From contig CAZEUD010000002.1 of assembly GCA_964515455.1 (NCBI GenBank), positions 15,430 to 79,429 on the forward strand: DNA of 64,000 nucleotides, in the 5' to 3' direction. Both the position numbers and the translations under genes were made by a program. Numbering within the stretch: position 1 is the stretch's first letter; every line of letters begins with the position of its first letter. Source of the DNA: an uncultured Sangeribacter sp. (GTDB taxonomy: Bacteria; Bacteroidota; Bacteroidia; Bacteroidales; Muribaculaceae). The notes beneath the pieces were generated by a model, which was not told where the DNA came from, did no database searches, and saw nothing but the letters and a program-made list of their open reading frames with translations. Positions 10,273 through 18,369 of this stretch are shown here, in pieces.

Positions 10273-13173
10273 CTGAAAACTAAAAACTTAATACATATCA
10301 TCCTATTGATGGCAGGTGTGTTCCTCTTCGCGGCATGCGGAACGAAGAAGAACACACCTGTCTCGCGCAATTGGCAGGCGTTTACCACACGCTATAATGT
10401 ATATTTTAACGGTAAAGAGCATTATGTGGAGCAGCTTCGGCAGATGGAACGCGATTATGAAGATGACTATTCGCGCCGTCTTCTAACACACCCTGCGGAA
10501 GCCCGTGCAGATGAGAAGATGCCACAACCAACCGGGGATTTCAAACGCACCATCGAGAAGATGCAGAAAGCCATCCAGCTTCATTCAATCAAGAAGAAAC
10601 CTGCCAAACGCACGGCATCAGCCAAGGAAAAGGCTTTCCGTGCCAGAGACGAATTCAATCCGTTTCTTCACAATGCATGGCTCACGATGGGTAAAGGCCA
10701 ATATTTTAACGGAGATTTCTCCGGAGCTGCCGCCACTTTCATGTATATTGCCAAACATTTCACCTGGCTTCCTGATGTTGTGACTGAGGCCCGGATATGG
10801 CAGGCTCTAAGCTATTGTGCGCTCGACTGGAATTACGAAGCGGAAAATGTGCTTCATCTCGTGAAAGAGAAAGATCTTACTACTTCCACACTTCGGAATC
10901 TCTTTAACCGGGCACAAGCGGATCTTCTTATACGAACCGACCGCTATAAGGAGGCTATACCATATCTTCGAGAGGCGGCTCGTAATTCCAAAGGAACACA
11001 GAAAAACAGATTGTGGTTTCTGCTTGGTCAGATTTATGCAAACCTCGGTGAAAATAAAAAAGCTTATGAAGCATATAAAAATGCCGGTAAAGGACAAGGT
11101 ATTTCGTATCGGGCAAAATTCAATGCACGTATAAAACAGAGTGAAGTTTTCACAGGACGTAGTATCGCTAAAGAGGTGAATTCACTGAAAGGGATGCTCC
11201 GCTATGCGCGCAATAATGAATTTGCAGATCAGATTTATTATGCCATAGGAAATCTTTACCTTTCCAAGAAAGACTCCGTCAGAGCGGTGGAGAATTATAA
11301 GCTTGCAGTGGAGAAATCCACACGCAATGGCATAGATCGAGCGTTGGCCCAACTGGCATTGGGCAACATATATTTCACGCAAGGTGACTATGTGAAGGCG
11401 CAGCCATGTTATGCCGAGGCGATTCCCCAACTTCCTGATAATTATCCCGACTATAAGAAATTGAAGATGCGCAGTGATGTTCTTGATGAGTTGGCGTTGT
11501 ATGCGGGGAACGTGCAACTGCAGGATTCTCTGCTTCGGCTTTCGGAGATGACTCCCGAAGAACAGCTTGCTGTGGCTCAGCGTCTGGTGGATGAACTCAT
11601 AGCCAAGGAGAAGAAAGAGGCAGAGGAAGCGAAACGGGAGGAGGAGATGGCCAAGCGAGAAGGTCAGCAGGCTGCGGGCATCAACCGAAATGATGCAACC
11701 ACGCAAACCATTATGAACAATGGAGACAAGTCATGGTATTTCTATAATTCCATGACAAAGTCGCAGGGCAAGAGTGAATTCCAGAGGAGATGGGGTGCAC
11801 GTCGTCTTGAAGATGACTGGAGGAGGCGCAATAAATCTTCATTTTCTTTTGATGATAATATCGAAAATGAAGGGGACAACATTGCGGAAAGAATAGACTC
11901 TGTCTCCGGAAGTCAGAAAGATGGAAAGAGTGTGGAAACCAATGGCAAGGAATCTTCCGGGGCTTCGGCATCCGATCCTCATAATGTTGAATATTATCTC
12001 TCCCAAATTCCAACCACTCCGGAAGAGAAACTGAATGCCAACGATATTATTCAGGAAGGACTGTATAATATGGGACTAATTCTCAAAGACAAGCTTGAGG
12101 ATTACCCTGCTGCCCGCACCGAATTCATGCGTCTTGAGGAAAGATATCCCGATAACATCTATCGTCTGGATGTCTATTACAATATGTATCTCATGGCAGT
12201 GAGACAGGGGGATACGGCACAAGCCGAGATATGGAGGCAAAAGATTCTTTCGGATTTCCCGGAATCTCCTTATGGAATGGCTATGCGCGACCCGAACTAT
12301 TTCGATAATCTCAAGCGCATGAATCAGGTTCAGGAAGAAATGTATGAAAAAGCATACAACGCTTACCTCGCAGATGATAACCGGACCGTGCATCAGCTTA
12401 CAGCTGAAATGGAGAAGGATTACCCGCTATCGAAAATACTTCCCAAATTTGTATTTATAGATGCCCTTTCTTACCTTACGGAAGATGATAACGAACAATT
12501 CCGCAGCCGTCTTACAACACTGCTTGAACGCTGGCCGGATACAGATATGACCCCGATGGCCGGAAGTATAATGAAAGGGTTGAAGGCCGGCAGAGTGCCT
12601 CACGCAGGACTTTCCAATTCCCGCGGAATGATATGGAGCATGAATCTCACAAATGATTCAGTTCCTTTGGGAGCAGATGGATTGCCGGCAGCTTTTGAGC
12701 GGGATCCCGATGCCCCGCAATATCTGGTATTGGCATTTCCGCGCGATTCTGTTAATGCGAATGCGTTGCTGTATGAAGTGGCAAGGTTCAATTTCTCATC
12801 ATTTGTAGTCAAAGATTTTGACCTTGAGCCGATGAGTTTCGGGGAAATTGGACTATTGGTTATCAAAGGATTCACAAATCTCAGGGAATTGGAGCATTAC
12901 CGTTCTGTTATGGAAAAACAGTGTTTCGAACTCCCGGAAGGTGTGCGTCCGATAATGATAAGTAAACACAACTTTGAACTTCTGCTTAAAGAGGGACGTT
13001 CTTTTGAAGAATACTTCCGCTTCGAAGCAGATCCTCCGGCTCCGGATGATTTGCCGGAACCTACTCCTCCGGATATCCCGGAATCTGAAATTACAGAATC
13101 TGAATCTCGGGATGCAGAGAATACAGAATCAGAGCTTTCTGAAACAGAACATCAGGAGGATAATCATGAATAA
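10273..13173 (+). CDS. porW: TPR lipoprotein, PorW/SprE-like T9SS component
   Basis: Lipobox LFAAC, TTRYNVYFNG, multiple TPRs, WYFYN...EFQRRWGARRLEDDWRR. The frame stays open upstream of the listed 10306 start to a CTG at 10273, giving MKTKNLIHIILL... Confidence 0.75.
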   Translation: MKTKNLIHIILLMAGVFLFAACGTKKNTPVSRNWQAFTTRYNVYFNGKEHYVEQLRQMERDYEDDYSRRLLTHPAEARADEKMPQPTGDFKRTIEKMQKAIQLHSIKKKPAKRTASAKEKAFRARDEFNPFLHNAWLTMGKGQYFNGDFSGAAATFMYIAKHFTWLPDVVTEARIWQALSYCALDWNYEAENVLHLVKEKDLTTSTLRNLFNRAQADLLIRTDRYKEAIPYLREAARNSKGTQKNRLWFLLGQIYANLGENKKAYEAYKNAGKGQGISYRAKFNARIKQSEVFTGRSIAKEVNSLKGMLRYARNNEFADQIYYAIGNLYLSKKDSVRAVENYKLAVEKSTRNGIDRALAQLALGNIYFTQGDYVKAQPCYAEAIPQLPDNYPDYKKLKMRSDVLDELALYAGNVQLQDSLLRLSEMTPEEQLAVAQRLVDELIAKEKKEAEEAKREEEMAKREGQQAAGINRNDATTQTIMNNGDKSWYFYNSMTKSQGKSEFQRRWGARRLEDDWRRRNKSSFSFDDNIENEGDNIAERIDSVSGSQKDGKSVETNGKESSGASASDPHNVEYYLSQIPTTPEEKLNANDIIQEGLYNMGLILKDKLEDYPAARTEFMRLEERYPDNIYRLDVYYNMYLMAVRQGDTAQAEIWRQKILSDFPESPYGMAMRDPNYFDNLKRMNQVQEEMYEKAYNAYLADDNRTVHQLTAEMEKDYPLSKILPKFVFIDALSYLTEDDNEQFRSRLTTLLERWPDTDMTPMAGSIMKGLKAGRVPHAGLSNSRGMIWSMNLTNDSVPLGADGLPAAFERDPDAPQYLVLAFPRDSVNANALLYEVARFNFSSFVVKDFDLEPMSFGEIGLLVIKGFTNLRELEHYRSVMEKQCFELPEGVRPIMISKHNFELLLKEGRSFEEYFRFEADPPAPDDLPEPTPPDIPESEITESESRDAENTESELSETEHQEDNHE

Positions 13174-13186
13174 TGAATTGTAAAAG

Positions 13187-14725
13187 ATGAGCGACAAGAT
13201 ACTTTGGGCCGATGACGAGATAGACCTCCTCAAGCCCCATATACTCTTTCTTAAAGCCAAAGGATATGATGTTACCACTGTATCCAATGGCAGGGACGCG
13301 CTTGATGCATTGGAAAGGGAGCATTTTTCACTTATCCTCCTGGATGAGAATATGCCCGGTCTGACAGGACTTGAGACACTTTCCCTTATAAACCGCTCGC
13401 ATCCGGATATCCCGGTAATAATGATTACCAAAAGCGAGGAGGAGAATATTATGGATCAAGCTATAGGCAACCAGATTGCCGACTATTTGATAAAACCGGT
13501 GAATCCAAGCCAGATTATCCTTTCCATAAAGAAGAATCTGCACAGCAGGGAGATTGTAGCCACACAAGCCACCACTGATTATCAGCAGGATTTCATGCGA
13601 TTGTCTTCGCAGATTAACAATGCTGACACAGTGGAGGAATGGATGGATGTTTATAAGGAACTGGTAAGGTGGGAGCTTAAATTGGCTGATTCCGACAATG
13701 CGATGTCGGAGATGCTTCTGATGCAGAAGAGGGATGCGAATTCCAATTTCTGTAAATTTGTGAAACGCAATTATGAGGGGTGGATTACCGGGAAAGATCA
13801 CCCTTTGATGAGTCATGAGATATTCAGACAGCGGGTATTCCCGATGCTGGATAAAGGTGAGAAAGTATGTTTCTTTCTTGTAGATAATTTCCGTCTTGAC
13901 CAATGGAAGATGGTGCAGCCTATCGTTTCTGAATATTATAATATCTCAGAAGAACTATATACCACAATTCTACCAACTTCCACTCAATACGCACGAAATG
14001 CCATTTTTGCCGGTTTGATGCCATTGCAGATAGCCACAATGTTTCCGCAATATTGGGTAGAAGAAGATGAAGATGAGGGACTTAATATTCACGAACAGGA
14101 GTTGATACAGACGCAGATCGACAGGTTCCGCCGCAAGGATAAATTCATATATACAAAACTCAACGACTCGTCTGCGGGTGAGAAATTTGTGCAGGCACTG
14201 TCGGCCAATAAGGATGTGCCTTTGCAGGTGTTGGTGCTCAACTTCATAGACATGCTCTCCCATGCCCGTACGGAATCCAGGATGATTCGCGAACTTGCCA
14301 ACAGTGATGCTGCATACCGTTCTCTTACTGAAAGCTGGTTCAAACACTCCTCGGCTGCCGATATATTCCGGAAATTGTCGGAACTTGGCTACCATATTAT
14401 TCTTACCACAGACCATGGTACAATTCGTGTTGACAATCCGGTGAAAGTGGTGGGAGATAAAAATACGAATACCAATCTTCGTTATAAGGTTGGAAAGAAT
14501 CTCAACTATAATCCGCGTCAGGTATACGAGATGCATGATCCCAAGCGGTTCGGACTTCCGGCTCCAAACTTGTCAAGCTCATTTATATATGCCTGTAATG
14601 AGGATTTCTTCTCTTATCCCAATAATTATAATTATTATGTGCAATATTATACAGGCACATTCCAGCATGGGGGGATATCACTTCAAGAGATGTTGGTGCC
14701 ATTGGTGACCATGACTCCGAAGTGA
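13187..14725 (+). CDS. porX: T9SS response regulator PorX (receiver + PglZ/alkaline-phosphatase-fold domain)
   Basis: ILWADDEIDLLKPHILFL, LLDENMPG, DNFRLDQW, LPTSTQYARNAIF, TTDHG, FQHGGIS. Confidence 0.92.
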   Translation: MSDKILWADDEIDLLKPHILFLKAKGYDVTTVSNGRDALDALEREHFSLILLDENMPGLTGLETLSLINRSHPDIPVIMITKSEEENIMDQAIGNQIADYLIKPVNPSQIILSIKKNLHSREIVATQATTDYQQDFMRLSSQINNADTVEEWMDVYKELVRWELKLADSDNAMSEMLLMQKRDANSNFCKFVKRNYEGWITGKDHPLMSHEIFRQRVFPMLDKGEKVCFFLVDNFRLDQWKMVQPIVSEYYNISEELYTTILPTSTQYARNAIFAGLMPLQIATMFPQYWVEEDEDEGLNIHEQELIQTQIDRFRRKDKFIYTKLNDSSAGEKFVQALSANKDVPLQVLVLNFIDMLSHARTESRMIRELANSDAAYRSLTESWFKHSSAADIFRKLSELGYHIILTTDHGTIRVDNPVKVVGDKNTNTNLRYKVGKNLNYNPRQVYEMHDPKRFGLPAPNLSSSFIYACNEDFFSYPNNYNYYVQYYTGTFQHGGISLQEMLVPLVTMTPK

Positions 14726-14761
14726 TTGGTTAAGGTTAACATTCACGTGATAGATGGGTAT

Positions 14762-15376
14762 ATGAAAGGATTGATAGCGGTAATCTTGGGATTATTCACA
14801 GTCGGAATACTGGCCTCAACTCCGATGCGAGATATAGAGGACAGGGCAGCCGCCGGTGAAGCTGATGCTATTGCTGCATTACGCGACTCCGCAGATGCCG
14901 GCTCACTTCGCGCCATGAACTTCCTCGGGTTTCTTTATTGGCAAGGGGAAGGTGTGAAACTCAATCGCGATTCAGCCTTGTATTTCTTGAAAAAAGCAAG
15001 CGATAATGGTGATGCTAAAGCGGCAGCCAATTTAGGGCATCTTCTGCTCATCGGTGCTCCGGAACTTCCTGCGGATACCTCCCGGGCCTTGCGATTGCTT
15101 GACTTTGCGGCATCCCGCAACGCACCCGCAGCCATACGTGAACTTGCTGATTATTTTGATACCAATCCCGGAGATTCTTCTATGGCAGGGTCACTGAAAA
15201 GAATAGCGGATGCTTATTCCCATGGAAATATACTTCGCTATAACTACAAGAAATCGATTGAATACTACAACCGAGCCGCGGAATTGGGCGACACAGTGTC
15301 ACAAAGGATAATCTCCGAACTTCTTGAGATCTTTCCCGATATATTCATGGATATCAGGGACAACATTTCCCGATAA
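14762..15376 (+). CDS. Exported Sel1-like repeat protein
   Basis: Signal peptide from ATG 14762; repeats AMNFLGFLYWQGEGV, AAANLGHLLLIG, YNYKKSIEYYNRAAELGD. Confidence 0.8.
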   Translation: MKGLIAVILGLFTVGILASTPMRDIEDRAAAGEADAIAALRDSADAGSLRAMNFLGFLYWQGEGVKLNRDSALYFLKKASDNGDAKAAANLGHLLLIGAPELPADTSRALRLLDFAASRNAPAAIRELADYFDTNPGDSSMAGSLKRIADAYSHGNILRYNYKKSIEYYNRAAELGDTVSQRIISELLEIFPDIFMDIRDNISR

Positions 15377-15382
15377 TGGTGT

Positions 15383-15592
15383 CTAAGGAACGGGGTCATA
15401 TCCGCTTCCGCCCCAGGGGTGGCATCGGCAGATACGTTTTATTGCAAGCCATCCTCCTCGTAATGCTCCGTGCTTTCTGATTGCCTCTATGGCATATTGC
15501 GAGCATGTGGGTGTGTAGCGACAGGCGGGAGGGAAGTGAGGTGAGATTGCGCCTTGATAAAAGCGTATCAGGAGAATCAGGACCCGCTGCAT
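15383..15592 (-). CDS. yidD: Membrane protein insertion efficiency factor YidD
   Basis: [28 protein letters not shown]. Confidence 0.95.
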   Translation of the reverse strand: MQRVLILLIRFYQGAISPHFPPACRYTPTCSQYAIEAIRKHGALRGGWLAIKRICRCHPWGGSGYDPVP

Positions 15593-16005
15593 TGCTGTTC
15601 TATTTTATAAAGAATTTTCTGCATCTTGTTTTCTATAAGCGAATAGGGGAGATTTTTATCACTCATATAAACAAATGCTATAGAAATTGTCCCTTTATCC
15701 GGCAGGGATTCTGACAATTCCTTAAGCGGAATGCGGTTTAGCCGATATGCTTCGCGTATCCTGCGTCGCATCAGCACCCTGTCCACAGCGTGCCTTCTTT
15801 TCTTCTTTGGCACAGTGATGAGCATCTGCAATGTGCCTACTTTGGGAGGTATTCCGGCTTTGAAACTGTTTTCAAGTTCTTTGTTGTCAATGATGCGGAA
15901 TACGGCTCTCAGGGGGAAGTCATAAATACTTTTCCCGGTAGAAAACAATTCTTCTACCAGACGTTTATGACGTAATTTCTCATCTTTTTTGAGTGTGAAT
16001 CTCAT
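15577..16005 (-). CDS. rnpA: Ribonuclease P protein component
   Basis: [35 protein letters not shown] (RNR-like motif); adjacent to yidD. Confidence 0.92.
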   Translation of the reverse strand: MRFTLKKDEKLRHKRLVEELFSTGKSIYDFPLRAVFRIIDNKELENSFKAGIPPKVGTLQMLITVPKKKRRHAVDRVLMRRRIREAYRLNRIPLKELSESLPDKGTISIAFVYMSDKNLPYSLIENKMQKILYKIEQQCSGS

Positions 16006-16976
16006 TTGTCACGAGAAATAATGTAGTCAAATATCTGTCGGAAATAATCCTTGGCTTCTGATGAGGGGTATCGGGAGATAATGGCTTCTGCTTCCTCTTG
16101 CAGCATGCGCATGGTGCGGAAGGCATAGTCTATGCCTCCGTTTCCCTTTGCAAATTCTATCAGGACGTTGATGTTATCTGAATCAAGATTACCTTCAATA
16201 ATAAGATTTTTCATCTTCTCGGCATCTTGTTGCGGACCATTGTTGAGGGCATAAAGAAGTGGAAGTGTCACTTTACCTTCACGCAGGTCGTTGCCTGTTG
16301 GTTTGCCTATCTGTGGATTGGGGAAGTAGTCAAATATATCATCCTTTATCTGAAAACAAAGACCCAACAGCTCGGCATACTGCACCATCTGTGAATATTC
16401 CTCAACAGAAGCTCCAGCTGCTTCAGCACCCATCTTGACGCAATTCATAAACAATGAAGCAGTCTTTTTGCGAATCATAGTGAAATAGCTTGCTTCATCG
16501 AAATGGTGATTGCGCACGTTGCATATCTGATCAATTTCCCCCAGTGACAGCTCTTTACCAAGATCTGAAAGTGAAGATATTATTGTGATGTTTCCTGTGC
16601 GTATACCTGCGGCAAGGGCGTTTGACACGAAATAATCACCCACAAGCACGGCAATATGATTCCCCCAGAATGCGTTGATTGTTGGCAAACCGCGGCGGAG
16701 AGATGTCTCATCCACTATGTCGTCATGAATCAGCGAGGCATTATGGAGCATTTCAAGTGCGGCACCGGCATGAAGCACATCTTCATTAACATTGCCGAAG
16801 AATTTGGCACTGAGAATTACAAGAATCGGACGAATTTGTTTCCCTTTCTTTTCAAGATAGGTGGTTACAATATTATTCATCAATTCATTAGGTGTATGAA
16901 GCGTAGAGGTGATGATATCATTCATCTCCTTAAGCTCAGTTCCCAGGTAAGTTTGAATTTTTTCCAGTTGCTCCAT
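16002..16976 (-). CDS. ispB: Long-chain polyprenyl diphosphate synthase (IspB-like)
   Basis: GKQIRP, LIHDDIVD (FARM), FQIKDDIFD (SARM), GNDLREGKVTLP. Confidence 0.88.
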   Translation of the reverse strand: MEQLEKIQTYLGTELKEMNDIITSTLHTPNELMNNIVTTYLEKKGKQIRPILVILSAKFFGNVNEDVLHAGAALEMLHNASLIHDDIVDETSLRRGLPTINAFWGNHIAVLVGDYFVSNALAAGIRTGNITIISSLSDLGKELSLGEIDQICNVRNHHFDEASYFTMIRKKTASLFMNCVKMGAEAAGASVEEYSQMVQYAELLGLCFQIKDDIFDYFPNPQIGKPTGNDLREGKVTLPLLYALNNGPQQDAEKMKNLIIEGNLDSDNINVLIEFAKGNGGIDYAFRTMRMLQEEAEAIISRYPSSEAKDYFRQIFDYIISRDK

Positions 16977-16984
16977 AATTCGTG

Positions 16985-17000
16985 CAAAATTACAAAATTA
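16985..17000 (-). promoter_or_regulatory. Tandem -7 elements (TAATTTTG twice) for ispB-rnpA-yidD
   Basis: CAAAATTACAAAATTA on the plus strand just upstream of the ispB start. Confidence 0.5.
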
Positions 17001-17047
17001 TTAGGAATTTTATAACCTAAATATTTGGAAAATTGCACCAGTGTAGG

Positions 17048-17410
17048 TTATTCTGTCTCCAGAAAGAAACGGAAAGGTATTTCAGCCGTGGATTCCACCG
17101 GGGTGCCATCATGTGTGGCCGGCGTCCAGACAGGCATCTTTTTAGTTACACGAATTGCTTCTGCCTCAAGGTCCGGGTCAACCATTCGTTTCACTTTTAT
17201 ATTTGCCAGTGAGCCATCTGTACGAACGATGAAGGTAACAACAACGACTCCTTCAATACCATTCTCCAGGGCCGTTGCGGGATAAATAAGAGTTTTGGCA
17301 ATAAAATCCTTCTGTGCTTCTTCTCCTCCGGGGAAGGAAGCTTTGGTATCTGTTGCCATAGCTGCCACGGCAATCGCCATCCCTGCGAGTATCATTATTA
17401 ACTGTTTCAT
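17048..17410 (-). CDS. Stand-alone TonB C-terminal domain protein with signal peptide
   Basis: ASFPGG, YPATALENGIEGVVVVTFIV, LEAEAIRV, WTPA. Confidence 0.88.
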   Translation of the reverse strand: MKQLIMILAGMAIAVAAMATDTKASFPGGEEAQKDFIAKTLIYPATALENGIEGVVVVTFIVRTDGSLANIKVKRMVDPDLEAEAIRVTKKMPVWTPATHDGTPVESTAEIPFRFFLETE

Positions 17411-17524
17411 AACTTCAAATATTTCAATTTAGACCATTCCATCAGCCAAAGGTTTAAGAAATCTCAGTTATGTGTATCTAAAAAGTAAACCGTATCTTGT
17501 ATGGCTTTACAAAATATCTCTCTA

Positions 17525-18364
17525 TTATTTTACCAATTGTATGAGATGAGTGTTACCAAGTAGAGCGGCAGCCTCGGAGAAACTGCTCCAATAAGAGCCG
17601 TATATTTTATCGCATTTTGATAAAACAAGCATTTCAGTCAAGGCCTCAATAATGCCGGATTCTGTTTTTCTGGAAACCTGATGCGAAGAGGTAATGATTC
17701 TATTGCCGTATAAATTCTTCATCTCCTGTTTAACAGATTCACTGTCCGTGGCCAGATAAAATTTTATATCATTGTTATTCTTTATCTCTTCATCAATGAC
17801 ATTTTTGAATAAATATAAGGGGCTTTGTTGAATTGCAATAATATTATCAGTTCTTCTTATATGCAATCCTATAGTTTTGTGGTTGTCAAATTCCTGAATG
17901 ATCTGTCCCACTATATTTGAAACATGTTCTGTAGGTTTGAATAAATTCAGATATAGTGTATCATCAAAATTGTAAAATTCAAGACCGCTTCTGATAATCA
18001 CATCCCCTTTGGTAGTGCGAATATCGTCAATAAGCCTCTTTGTATCATCAATATATTTTCCTGAAATATCTTTGTCTGATATAAATAAATCAATATTCTT
18101 TCTTTTCCGGAATATCTTTGATAAATATATATTTTTCTTTCGAGGCTCATCATAAAAGAAAAGATCGCACATTCCGGAAACATTTTTCAATTTATATGCA
18201 TCCGGAATTATATTGAAGAGTTTTTCATATTTACAGTTTAATTCAGAATTTATTGGCCATATAATTTCCGGAATAATAGACAAATCCCGACACAAAGCGA
18301 TACCGGATGCCATTGCACGCATCCTGTTGGCCAGACCTCCTATAGGATTTATTAAAATTCTCAC
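17525..18364 (-). CDS. Fucosyltransferase-fold (GT-B; GT11/GT23/O-FucT-like) glycosyltransferase
   Basis: N-terminal GGLANRM, IGLHIRRTD, YLATDS, EMLVLSKCD...SSFS; AT-rich (16/60 GC at 17941-18000). Confidence 0.7.
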   Translation of the reverse strand: MRILINPIGGLANRMRAMASGIALCRDLSIIPEIIWPINSELNCKYEKLFNIIPDAYKLKNVSGMCDLFFYDEPRKKNIYLSKIFRKRKNIDLFISDKDISGKYIDDTKRLIDDIRTTKGDVIIRSGLEFYNFDDTLYLNLFKPTEHVSNIVGQIIQEFDNHKTIGLHIRRTDNIIAIQQSPLYLFKNVIDEEIKNNNDIKFYLATDSESVKQEMKNLYGNRIITSSHQVSRKTESGIIEALTEMLVLSKCDKIYGSYWSSFSEAAALLGNTHLIQLVK

Positions 18365-18369
18365 AATTC

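Noticed and set aside
13040-13173. Repetitive Pro/Glu/Ser-rich tail of PorW
   Set aside because: This is a low-complexity disordered C-terminus with no exact DNA repeat unit.
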